Assembly (NCBI GenBank): GCA_963797775.1
Contig: CAWCQV010000029.1
Location: 75,964-139,963 of the forward strand
From: an uncultured Alphaproteobacteria bacterium
GTDB lineage: Bacteria > Pseudomonadota > Alphaproteobacteria > Rhizobiales > Xanthobacteraceae
Reading direction: 5' to 3'
DNA: 64,000 bases
The notes beneath the pieces are model-generated. The model saw only the letters and a program-made list of their open reading frames with translations, did not search any database and had not been told where the DNA came from. Below, in pieces: positions 55,111-63,662 of this stretch (the stretch's first letter is position 1; each line of letters starts with the position of its first letter). Made by a program: the position numbers and the translations under genes.

Positions 55111-56142
55111 TCACTCCACGGCGGCGGACGCCGAGCCGCGTCTTATTCCCAGCGTCACAATGCGCTGCAGCAAATCTGGATATTCGATACCGACGTGCTT
55201 TGCCGCCGTGGCGAATTCCTGGCTCTCGGCGATCTCGGGATTGGGATTGGCTTCCAGGAAATACGGCGTACCGTCGGCGGCGAGGCGGAAATCGATGCGC
55301 GCGTAGCCGTCAAGCTCCAGCGTACGGTAAATTCGTTTCGCCATGCGCTGAATGCGCGCATTCAGTTCCGGCGTAAGATCTTTGGCCGGCCCGTGACGGA
55401 TGCCGCGCCGTTCCTGATAGTCGGGATCGTGCTTGACCTTCTCGGTGGCGATGTGCCAGTCGCCTTCCGCCATATTCTGAAACGTCAGTTCCCAAACCGG
55501 TAAGACTTGCAGCCGCTCATTGCCGAAAATGCCGACATAGATTTCGCGCCCCTCGATATATTGCTCGGCGATGGCGCCGGTGCCGATCCGCTCATGGATG
55601 AAGGTGACGCGTTCGACGAGTTTTTCGTCTAAATCGACGACGGAAGCCTGCGAAATGCCGTATGACGCGTCTTCGTTGACGCTCTTGACGATGAGCGGCA
55701 AAGCAAGCCGCGGCGGGCGCTTGATCTTGCGGCCTTTCGGAAACACGGCAAAGGCCGGCACCGGAATGCGGTGATAATGCACAAGCGTCTTGGACAGGTC
55801 TTTGCCGCGCGCCAGCATCAAGCCGCGCGGATTGCAACCGGTGTAGGGCACGTGCATCAGTTCGAGATAGCTCACGACATTTTGGTCGTATATCGCCTCG
55901 CCCCGAAACTGCTCGAGCAGCGTGAACACCACGTCGGGCTTCCAAGCGTCGATGTCGTCGCGGATCGGCTTTAGTTCGTCATGGACGCCAAGCGGGCGCA
56001 CCTCGTGGCCGGCGGCGCGCAGCGTGGTCACCACATCGTATTCGGTTTTCCAAACGTTGATTTCCTGCTCGCTATAGCCCTTGCTCAACTCCGGAGGGAT
56101 CAGGTCCGGGTGAACAAGCAGCAGGACGCGCAGCGGTTTCAT
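55111..56142 (-). CDS. ATP-grasp protein, D-alanine--D-alanine ligase-like
   Basis: 343 aa. Contains MKPLRVLLLVHPDLIPP..., ...RGKDLSKTLVHYHRIPVP..., ...PLIVKSVNEDASYGI..., ...EQYIEGREIYVG... and ...YARIDFRLAADGTPYFLEANPNP. The ATG at 56142 overlaps the upstream stop as ATGA. Confidence 0.8.
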   Translation of the reverse strand: MKPLRVLLLVHPDLIPPELSKGYSEQEINVWKTEYDVVTTLRAAGHEVRPLGVHDELKPIRDDIDAWKPDVVFTLLEQFRGEAIYDQNVVSYLELMHVPYTGCNPRGLMLARGKDLSKTLVHYHRIPVPAFAVFPKGRKIKRPPRLALPLIVKSVNEDASYGISQASVVDLDEKLVERVTFIHERIGTGAIAEQYIEGREIYVGIFGNERLQVLPVWELTFQNMAEGDWHIATEKVKHDPDYQERRGIRHGPAKDLTPELNARIQRMAKRIYRTLELDGYARIDFRLAADGTPYFLEANPNPEIAESQEFATAAKHVGIEYPDLLQRIVTLGIRRGSASAAVE

Positions 56143-57161
56143 AGCGCGATCCACCTTCGCCGCGACGGACCGAACAGCGCGTGCATGGTCTTGGCGGTCA
56201 ACAGCACCGTGAATTCCATGAGCAGCTTGCGCTCGCGGCCGACGGCGCGCAGATCGAGTTCGCGGCAGCGCTGGATCATGTCGTCAAGCACGGCGTCGAA
56301 GGTAAGCTGGTATTCGCCGGTCCACTTGGCGACCAGTTCGCGCACTTTGGCGCGGTTGCGGCGGATGAAAGACGAGGCCGCTTCGCCGCGCCCTGGATCG
56401 ACGGAGAACAGCTGTCGCAGATCGCGATCGTAGGTTTTCGGCGTGTCGACGACATAAATCGCGCGCTTTTTCTTGTAATAGTCGCCGAGCGTCTGACTGA
56501 GCTTGCTGAGCGGATCGACCTTCTCACGATGCGTCAGCGTCGGACGCACGCCGGCGATTTCGGTCATCAGCTCGTCGACATATTCGAGCTTCTTGAGCGC
56601 CGGCCATCCGGCATAGCGCGTCCGCCAATGCGAGCGCGGCCGCAGCCACACCGCAAATGTCTCGGCGAAATCTTCGTCCGGATGGCTTTGCGCGTACCAC
56701 AACCGCAAATGCTGGACATGATTGCGGCTCGCCGGATTGGGCCGATAGTAACGCGGATAGCGCTTCGAGGATGGGCCGAACAGCTGCTGCCAGCGCCGGC
56801 GGCGATAGAGCTGGTAGGCATGCGTCACCACGTGCCCACATTCATGGCGAAGAATTCGCATGCATTCGGACGTGGTGCCACCCTCGACGTCCAGGATCAT
56901 TTTCTTCTCGAGCCGCATCAGCCGCGGATGCGCCAAATAGAACGGAATGGCGATGCCGGGGGTATTTTCGGGCGAAAACCACTCGCTCGAAATCCAGGCA
57001 TGCGGCCGCACCCGAATGCCGTGCTCGTCGAGCTCCTGATAAAGCGTGTGCAGGCATTTCGCGAGCCAAGTGCCTTCAACCGTCACCTTGAGGTCCTTGA
57101 GCCGAACCTCCAGCAGCTCATCGTCGGGCAGCTTGGCCCACGGAAACTTTCGACGCGGCAT
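56139..57161 (-). CDS. Putative zinc metallopeptidase (HExxH), uncharacterised family
   Basis: 340 aa. It has a single HExxH at ILRHECGHVVTH, with conserved-looking flanks (PGIAIPFYLAHPRL; YAQSHPDEDFAETFAVWL). No signal peptide is seen. Confidence 0.65.
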   Translation of the reverse strand: MPRRKFPWAKLPDDELLEVRLKDLKVTVEGTWLAKCLHTLYQELDEHGIRVRPHAWISSEWFSPENTPGIAIPFYLAHPRLMRLEKKMILDVEGGTTSECMRILRHECGHVVTHAYQLYRRRRWQQLFGPSSKRYPRYYRPNPASRNHVQHLRLWYAQSHPDEDFAETFAVWLRPRSHWRTRYAGWPALKKLEYVDELMTEIAGVRPTLTHREKVDPLSKLSQTLGDYYKKKRAIYVVDTPKTYDRDLRQLFSVDPGRGEAASSFIRRNRAKVRELVAKWTGEYQLTFDAVLDDMIQRCRELDLRAVGRERKLLMEFTVLLTAKTMHALFGPSRRRWIAL

Positions 57162-57309
57162 GGTGCTTTAAGACCCGGAACAACGCCCGACCAAATGGTG
57201 TCACGGCAGGTTCTTGGCGACAACTGCAAATGCTGTAGGATGTGTCGAGCAGCAGCGAAGCCCATCGTCTCGCGGCGGGCTTCGCCGTTGCTCGACCTAA
57301 CCCTACGCA

Positions 57310-58317
57310 GTGCCGAGGAACCCGATGCAGGCCCCATCCCGAGAAGAACTCGCCCGTTCCGGCTCGCTTGAAGAGCTTTACGGCAAGCTAAACCAGGTCG
57401 GCATCGCGCCGGGCTGGAACAAGAAGGTGGCCTCGCTGTGGCCCGCGCCGCAGAAGAATTTCGCGCCGGCGCACTGGACCTACGAGCAGGCGCGCGGCGC
57501 GCTCGATGCCGCTGGTCGGCTGATCAATACCGAGCTTGCCGAACGGCGCAATCTCATCCTGTTCAATCCGGCCTCCGGCGACAGCTACGGCACGGTCCGC
57601 ACCCTGGTCACCGCATACCAAATGATCCTGCCGGGCGAATGGGCGCGCGCACACCGGCACACGCCGAACGCGCTGCGGCTTATTATCGACGCCGAGCCCG
57701 GCGTCTATACCGACGTCAATGGTATCAAGCTCGCCATGGAGCCGGGCGACGTGCTGCTGACTCCGAACTGGTCGAGCCACGGCCATGGCAATGACAGCCG
57801 CGCCAGCGCCTATTGGCTGGATTTCCTCGATGTGCCGCTGGTGCAATTGCTCGAGCCGATGTTCTTCGAGCCAGCGGAAGAGGCAACAAATGGCGCATCG
57901 GACAGTGCAGCGCCGACCAAGGACTCGCCCTTTGTCTTTCCGCTGAGCGAGACGCTTAAACGCCTCGACGCCGCACCTCCCGATCCGGCCGGCCCATTCG
58001 CCACCCATGTCGAGCTTGGCAATCCGGCGATGGATACGATCGGGCTGTCGATGATGCGCCTTTCGCCGCATGTCGTAACGGCGCCGTACCGGACCACCGC
58101 GAACAATATTTACGCAGTTGTGAAAGGCTCAGGTGCGACGACAGTCGACGGCGAGCGCTTCGCATGGCAGCGTGGCGACGTGATCGCAGCACCCGCCTGG
58201 CGGCCTCATTGCCATGAGGCCGACGAGGATGCGCTGTTGTTGCGCGTCACCGACGAGCCGGTGATGCAGCGGCTTGGGTTTCACCGTGTCGAAGATGCGA
58301 TGCAAGCGACGCACTAG
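57310..58317 (+). CDS. Bicupin dioxygenase, gentisate 1,2-dioxygenase family
   Basis: 335 aa. Contains ...GWNKKVASLWPAPQKNF..., ...LILFNP..., ...QMILPGEWARAHRHTPNALRLIIDAE...GDVLLTPNWSSHGH..., plus a second cupin ...GDVIAAPAWRPH. Confidence 0.75.
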   Translation: MPRNPMQAPSREELARSGSLEELYGKLNQVGIAPGWNKKVASLWPAPQKNFAPAHWTYEQARGALDAAGRLINTELAERRNLILFNPASGDSYGTVRTLVTAYQMILPGEWARAHRHTPNALRLIIDAEPGVYTDVNGIKLAMEPGDVLLTPNWSSHGHGNDSRASAYWLDFLDVPLVQLLEPMFFEPAEEATNGASDSAAPTKDSPFVFPLSETLKRLDAAPPDPAGPFATHVELGNPAMDTIGLSMMRLSPHVVTAPYRTTANNIYAVVKGSGATTVDGERFAWQRGDVIAAPAWRPHCHEADEDALLLRVTDEPVMQRLGFHRVEDAMQATH

Positions 58318-58417
58318 AGCATGATCCGGAAAAGTGGACACCGGTTTTCCGAAAAGATCATGCTCCAACAAAATATTAGAGCGTCAATCGGCTCAGCTTG
58401 AAACGATTGCGCTCTAA
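58318..58417. repeat. About 100-nt double-hairpin intergenic repeat
   Basis: gagcatgatc+cggaaaa (58318-58334) pairs with ttttccg..gatcatgctc (58345-58365). ttagagcg (58376-58383) pairs with cgctctaa (58410-58417). It translates to the KPVSTFPDHAL pseudo-peptide typical of this repeat class. Confidence 0.7.
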
Positions 58418-59358
58418 CGCGCGCGGTGCGCCTTCTCCAGCATCACGTGGATGCCTTTGGCGCCGTTCACCACCTGGGTCACGCGCAAATCTGCAGCGAG
58501 GCTGCACAGCGTATAGGCGTCCTCGCGCGATAGACCGGTGCGCGCGCAAATGAGCTTGATCATGTCGCGCAACGCGATCACCACCGCGTCGTCGAGATCG
58601 GGATCGAACGCCATGGTCATGACGTGCGTCGGCGTCTCGGCAAGCGGCCATTCAAGCGCCATGTCGTTGCGCACATGCAATTCGAAAGTGCCGACGAGGC
58701 CGGTCTCGATCGCGGTAATGCAGACTTCGCCGTCGCCCTGCACGCCGTGGCCGTCGCCCACCGAGAACAGCGCGCCGTCGACATGAATCGGCAGATAGAG
58801 CGTGGTGCCGGCGACCAGTTCCTTGTTGTCCATATTGCCGCCGTTGCGCCGCGGCGGCGGCGAGGCGACCGGTCCCCAGGTGCGCGGCGGCGCCACCACC
58901 ATGACGCCGAAAAATGGCTTGAGCGCCAGTTCCAGGCCCCACGGCAGCCGACCGACCATGCGCTTGCGGTCGAGCGGAATGTGAATGAGACGCATTTCCT
59001 CGAAATCGTCCGGCAGCGCACCGGCAAGCGGCCGGATGGCGTTATAGCCCCAGTCGTAGTTGAGATCGATCGCCTTGATGCGGACCTCAAGCACCTGCCC
59101 GGCCTTGGCGCCGCGTACCGCAACCGGGCCGGTCATGATGTGCGGTCCAAGTCGCTGCGGCACCTTGGCGTGGATCGCGGTGAGCGCCGCGGGCACGACC
59201 AATCCCGTATCCGGTGGCGGGAGCGTCGACGGCGCACCCGACACCGTTGAGATTACGACTTCATCGCCCGGATCGACGGTCACAAGCGGCGCGAGCGTCG
59301 CGTCAAAAAAACCCCAGTGCACCGTATCGGGAGCAGCGTCCAAATGATGTGTCGCCAT
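58414..59358 (-). CDS. Acetamidase/formamidase family protein
   Basis: 314 aa: MATHHLDAAPDTVHWGFFDATLAPLVTVDPGDEV...GGNMDNKEL..GTTLYLPIHVDGALFSVGDGHGVQGDGEV. Confidence 0.85.
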   Translation of the reverse strand: MATHHLDAAPDTVHWGFFDATLAPLVTVDPGDEVVISTVSGAPSTLPPPDTGLVVPAALTAIHAKVPQRLGPHIMTGPVAVRGAKAGQVLEVRIKAIDLNYDWGYNAIRPLAGALPDDFEEMRLIHIPLDRKRMVGRLPWGLELALKPFFGVMVVAPPRTWGPVASPPPRRNGGNMDNKELVAGTTLYLPIHVDGALFSVGDGHGVQGDGEVCITAIETGLVGTFELHVRNDMALEWPLAETPTHVMTMAFDPDLDDAVVIALRDMIKLICARTGLSREDAYTLCSLAADLRVTQVVNGAKGIHVMLEKAHRAR

Positions 59359-59473
59359 TCGCCCACCAATTCCCCGTTCAAGGTCCTCGATCGATCCGCG
59401 ACGCCGCGTCATAAGCGGCGACTAGCCCCATCCTCTCGGCTGTGAGATCATTGCCGCCCGTCATCAGTCAATC

Positions 59474-62400
59474 GTGAACCCAACATCAATGCAAGCTGGC
59501 ATCGGAGATACCGTACGCCGCAAGGAGGACTTGCGCCTCATCACCGGCCGCGGCTGCTACAGCGACGATTTTAATTTCCCTGATCAGGTCTATGGCGCGG
59601 TGGTGCGCTCGCCGCATGCGCATGCCTTGATTCGCGCGATCGACGTTAAAGCGGCCCGCGCCATGCCCGGCGTGCTTGCGGTGCTCACAGGCGCGGACGC
59701 ACTCGCCGACGGGCTGACGCGAATTCCGCATCTCACCGCTGCCGGCACGCCGCCCGACATCGTACTCACCAATCGCGACGGCTCGCCGGTGTCGGCCGCG
59801 CCGCATTACGTGCTGCCGACCGATCGGGTCCGCCACGTCGGCACCGCGGTCGCCTTCGTGATCGCCGAAACGGTCGCGCAGGCCAAGGATGCAGCTGAAA
59901 AAGTCGTAGTCGAATACCAGCCGCTGCCGGCCGTGACCGACGCCAAGGTTGCCGTCGAACAAAATGCGCCGCGCCTGTATGACGATCTCCCAAACATCAT
60001 GATCGACGCCGAGGTGGGCGATGCCGCGGCGACGGCGGATGTCTTCGCGCGCGCCGCCCATGTCACGCGGCTCGACACCTGGATTAATCGGGTCACCGGC
60101 GTGCCGATGGAGCCGCGCGCGGCGACCGGCATCTACGATGCGACGAGCGGACGCTACACGCTTTATGCCGGCTCGGGCGGCATCGTGCGCCAGAAAAAGG
60201 AAATCGCGGCGATCCTCGGCGTGCCGTTCGACAACGTGCGGGTCATCGCCCGCGAGATCGGCGGTAATTTCGGCACGCGTAACAGCTTCTTTCCCGAATT
60301 CGCGCTGGTGGTTTGGGGCGCGCGCCGCGTCGGCCGTCCGGTCAAATGGACGGCCGACCGCCACGAGGCCTTCGTCAGCGATTATATGGGCCGCGATCTC
60401 ACCGTGTCCGCCGAACTTGCGCTCGACGCACAGGGGCGTTTCCTCGCGCTACGCTCGTCGAACCTCAGCAATGTCGGCGCGCATTCCGGTTCCTACGTGC
60501 CGCTGGTCAAGGGCGTGGGATTGGCGACGTCCGGCTACCGTATTCCGGTCTCGCACGTGCACGCGCGCGCCGTGCTGTCGACGACGATGTGCACGACGCC
60601 CTATCGCAGCGCCGGCCGCCCGGAAGTGATTTACGTGATCGAGCGGCTGATCGACAAAGCTGCGCTTGAGCACGGCTTCGATCGCGTGAGCTTGCGGCGG
60701 CGCAATCTCATTCCGCCCTCGGCATTCCCGTACAAAAATCCGCAAGGCATCACCTACGACAACGGCACCTATCGCGCGGTGATGGACCGCGCCATGGTGC
60801 TCGGCGACTGGCGCGGCTTCAAGAAGCGTCGCGCCGAGGCGCGCAAGCGCAAGCGGCGGCGCGGCATCGGGCTGTGCTGTTATCTCGAAACCACCGGCGG
60901 CTATCCGCGCGAGCGCGCCGACATCACGGTGCAGCCGCACGGCCGTGTCGACGTCGTGGTCGGCACGCTGTCGAGCGGCCAGAGCCACGAGACGACCTTT
61001 GCCCAATGCGTCGCCGAATGGCTCGGCGTGCCGTTCGATAATGTCGACGTCAACGAGAGCGACACCGACATCGTCAAGGAAGGCGGCGGCTCGCATTCCG
61101 CCCGCTCGATGCGGCTCGCCGGCATCGTCATGGGCAAGGCTGCCGACCTCGTCATCGAGAAGGGCAAGAAGATCGCCGCGCATATGCTGGAAACCGCCGA
61201 GGACGATATCGTCTTCGCCGCCGGCCGCTTCACCGTCAAGGGCACCGATCGCTCGGTCGGCATAGTCGAGGCTGCTGCGGCGGCCGCCGCCGACGGCAAA
61301 AGCCTGCCGGAAGATTTGCGCGGGCCGCTTGCCGCGACCGCCGACGAGACGATCAAGCAGCTCGGCTTTCCCTATGGCGCCCATGTCTGCGAAGTCGAGA
61401 TCGACCCGCAAATCGGCGCGCTTGATCTCGTGCGCTACACCGCGGTCGACGATGTCGGCCGCGCCATCAATCCGATGGTGGTGCATGGCCAAACCCACGG
61501 CGGCGCCGCGCAAGGCATCGGCCAGGCGTTATGGGAGCTTTGCGCCTACGACGCCGATGGCCAATTGCTCTCCGCCTCGTTCATGGACTATGCCATGCCG
61601 CGCGCCGATCTGTTGCCGCCGTTCACCACCGATATCTCGGAAGTGCTCACGCCGACCAATCGGCTCGGCGTGCGCGGCGCCGGCGAAGGCGGCACCACCG
61701 GCGCGCTTGGCGCCGTGGTCAATGCCGTGGTCGATGCACTCGCCGAATTCGGCGTCACCCATATCGACATGCCGGTGACGCCGGAGAAGATCTGGAGGGC
61801 GATTTCAGACGGCGAAAAAGGGAGCCTAAAGCTTTCCCGCGAACGCATCGGCGATGAACTGATGCGTCATCGCGTAGGTGTAACGAGTTGCCGGCTCATC
61901 CCAGCCGGCGACGCCGGGAACGTCGGAGCCCTGGTCGGTATAGGCGTGCAAGACGCCGGAGAAGATCAGCATCTGCCATCTGGCGCCAGCGGCATCCATT
62001 TCGGCTTCGAACACGTCGCGATCGGCCTTCGGCGCCACCGGGTCGGGTGCGCCGTGCGCCACCAGGAGTTTTGCTTTCACCGCGCCCTTCTTCGCCGCTT
62101 GCGCGGTTTTCAGATCGCCGTGGATCGATACCGCCGCGGCGATATCGGCGCCGTCGCGCGCCAGCTCCAACACATTGCCGCCGCCGAAGCAGAAACCGAC
62201 CGCGGCGCGGCGGCCATCGATCAGGTTGCGCTTCCCGGCCTCCGCGATCATCGCGTCATGGGCGGCGCGGATGCGCTTTCTTTGCTCGACCGCATTCTCG
62301 CGCAGCGGATTGGCGAGCTTCGCCGCCTCGCCGAAATCGACCGGGCGCGTTCCTTGCCCGTACATATCGGCAACGAACACGACATAACGATCGCCGGCCA

Positions 62401-62605
62401 CGAGCTTGCCGCGCTCGATCGCCTGTTCGGTCATGCCCATCCAGTTCGGCGCCATCAGCACCGCCGGGCGCTTGCCGGAGACCTTTTCGTCGTAGATCAG
62501 CGCGCCCTCCGCGGTCAGCGCGCCCATGGGATATTTGATCTTTTCGGCAATCATGTGCTTCCTCCAGATTTGCAGGCAATTATAGTCTGGTATGCCGGAG
62601 CATGA
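59474..62605 (+). CDS. Xanthine dehydrogenase/CoxL family molybdopterin-binding large subunit; 3' end doubtful (homology seems to end near 61810-61830)
   Basis: The N-terminus reads ..IGDTVRRKEDLRLITGRGCYSDDF. The family core runs through ...GVRGAGEGGTTGALGAVVNAVVDALAEFGVTHIDMPVTPEKIWRAI. No in-frame stop occurs until 62605, so the last ~260 codons are antisense to the dienelactone hydrolase gene. Start is GTG 59474 or ATG 59489. Confidence 0.8.
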   Translation: MNPTSMQAGIGDTVRRKEDLRLITGRGCYSDDFNFPDQVYGAVVRSPHAHALIRAIDVKAARAMPGVLAVLTGADALADGLTRIPHLTAAGTPPDIVLTNRDGSPVSAAPHYVLPTDRVRHVGTAVAFVIAETVAQAKDAAEKVVVEYQPLPAVTDAKVAVEQNAPRLYDDLPNIMIDAEVGDAAATADVFARAAHVTRLDTWINRVTGVPMEPRAATGIYDATSGRYTLYAGSGGIVRQKKEIAAILGVPFDNVRVIAREIGGNFGTRNSFFPEFALVVWGARRVGRPVKWTADRHEAFVSDYMGRDLTVSAELALDAQGRFLALRSSNLSNVGAHSGSYVPLVKGVGLATSGYRIPVSHVHARAVLSTTMCTTPYRSAGRPEVIYVIERLIDKAALEHGFDRVSLRRRNLIPPSAFPYKNPQGITYDNGTYRAVMDRAMVLGDWRGFKKRRAEARKRKRRRGIGLCCYLETTGGYPRERADITVQPHGRVDVVVGTLSSGQSHETTFAQCVAEWLGVPFDNVDVNESDTDIVKEGGGSHSARSMRLAGIVMGKAADLVIEKGKKIAAHMLETAEDDIVFAAGRFTVKGTDRSVGIVEAAAAAAADGKSLPEDLRGPLAATADETIKQLGFPYGAHVCEVEIDPQIGALDLVRYTAVDDVGRAINPMVVHGQTHGGAAQGIGQALWELCAYDADGQLLSASFMDYAMPRADLLPPFTTDISEVLTPTNRLGVRGAGEGGTTGALGAVVNAVVDALAEFGVTHIDMPVTPEKIWRAISDGEKGSLKLSRERIGDELMRHRVGVTSCRLIPAGDAGNVGALVGIGVQDAGEDQHLPSGASGIHFGFEHVAIGLRRHRVGCAVRHQEFCFHRALLRRLRGFQIAVDRYRRGDIGAVARQLQHIAAAEAETDRGAAAIDQVALPGLRDHRVMGGADALSLLDRILAQRIGELRRLAEIDRARSLPVHIGNEHDITIAGHELAALDRLFGHAHPVRRHQHRRALAGDLFVVDQRALRGQRAHGIFDLFGNHVLPPDLQAIIVWYAGA
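61826..62554 (-). CDS. Dienelactone hydrolase family protein
   Basis: 242 aa: MIAEKIKYP... It has the nucleophile motif VGFCFGGG and a GGAGGA RBS upstream of ATG 62554. The track ORF start at 62650 is over-extended. Confidence 0.85.
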   Translation of the reverse strand: MIAEKIKYPMGALTAEGALIYDEKVSGKRPAVLMAPNWMGMTEQAIERGKLVAGDRYVVFVADMYGQGTRPVDFGEAAKLANPLRENAVEQRKRIRAAHDAMIAEAGKRNLIDGRRAAVGFCFGGGNVLELARDGADIAAAVSIHGDLKTAQAAKKGAVKAKLLVAHGAPDPVAPKADRDVFEAEMDAAGARWQMLIFSGVLHAYTDQGSDVPGVAGWDEPATRYTYAMTHQFIADAFAGKL

Positions 62606-63651
62606 ACAAGACCATGTCCAAAGCCGCAAAAAAATCAAAAGCCAAGGCAAAGACGGAGGCCAAGCCCAAATCCAAGCCCAAGGCTGCAGTTCCGGCCGAT
62701 ACTCCGATCTATCTGACCGAGAAAGACGTCCGCCGGCTGGTCACCGTCAAAGATGCCATCGCAACGCTGGAAGAATTGTTCGCGACTTGGTCCGACCCCG
62801 CAACCGTCAACCTGCCGCGGCAGCGCGCGAACGCCGCCGGTGGCGCGTTCAATCTGATGGGCGCGGCCTGGGGCGCCAAATCGCTGTTCGGGCTAAAGGC
62901 CTATTATGCCGGCGGTCACGGCGCGCGCTTTCACGTGCTGCTCTATTCGGCGACCGACGGCAAGCTCAAAGCGATGATCGAGTCCGATCATCTCGGCCGA
63001 ATGCGCACCGGCGCGGCGAGCGGGCTCGCGACGAAACTCCTGGCCAAGCCCGACGCTCGCACGCTCGGCGTCATCGGCACCGGCCATCAGGCGTTGACGC
63101 AAGTTGCCGCGGTCTGCGCGGTGCGGAGCATCGCCGATGTCCATGTGTTCAGTCCCACGGTCGAACATCGCGAAGATTTTGCGCGCCGGATCGAGCGCGA
63201 GCTTGGCGTCGCCGCGCAACCGGCGGCGTCGGCAGAGGCCGCCGTCGCCGCCGCCGACGTTGTCATTACGATCACCAAATCGGCGGAGCCGGTGCTGCGC
63301 GCGAACTGGCTCAAATCCGGCGTACACGTCAATGCCGCCGGCGCCAATGCGGCGGCGCGGCGCGAAGTCGACAGCGAGACGGTGCTGCGCTCGACGGTGC
63401 GGGCGACCGATCAGATCGAGCAGGCGCGACTAGAAGCCGGCGAATACCGCGACCTCATCGCCGCCGGCCGGCTGACTTGGCAGGACATCGTTGAGCTCGG
63501 CGATATCGTGACCGGAAAGGCTATCGGGCGCCGCGGGCCGGCCGACATCACGCTGTTCAAGTCGCTCGGCATCGCGCTCGAAGATATCGCTTTCGCCGAT
63601 CAGATCTGCCGCCGCGCGGCGGAGCGCGGGATCGGCCAGCCGATGCCATAA
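62602..63651 (+). CDS. Ornithine cyclodeaminase/mu-crystallin family protein with a Lys/Ala/Pro-rich N-terminal extension
   Basis: The core reads IYLTEKDVRRLVTVKDAIATLEELF...LGVIGTGHQALTQV... It is preceded by MNKTMSKAAKKSKAKAKTEAKPKSKPKAAVPADTP. I found no alternative canonical start before the core. Confidence 0.8.
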   Translation: MNKTMSKAAKKSKAKAKTEAKPKSKPKAAVPADTPIYLTEKDVRRLVTVKDAIATLEELFATWSDPATVNLPRQRANAAGGAFNLMGAAWGAKSLFGLKAYYAGGHGARFHVLLYSATDGKLKAMIESDHLGRMRTGAASGLATKLLAKPDARTLGVIGTGHQALTQVAAVCAVRSIADVHVFSPTVEHREDFARRIERELGVAAQPAASAEAAVAAADVVITITKSAEPVLRANWLKSGVHVNAAGANAAARREVDSETVLRSTVRATDQIEQARLEAGEYRDLIAAGRLTWQDIVELGDIVTGKAIGRRGPADITLFKSLGIALEDIAFADQICRRAAERGIGQPMP

Positions 63652-63662
63652 TGGAGCCAGTC

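Noticed and set aside
59359-59473. Molybdenum-cofactor riboswitch upstream of the second Mo-hydroxylase gene
   Set aside because: The 115-nt spacer is shorter than the Moco motif, and I could not recognise its conserved loops.
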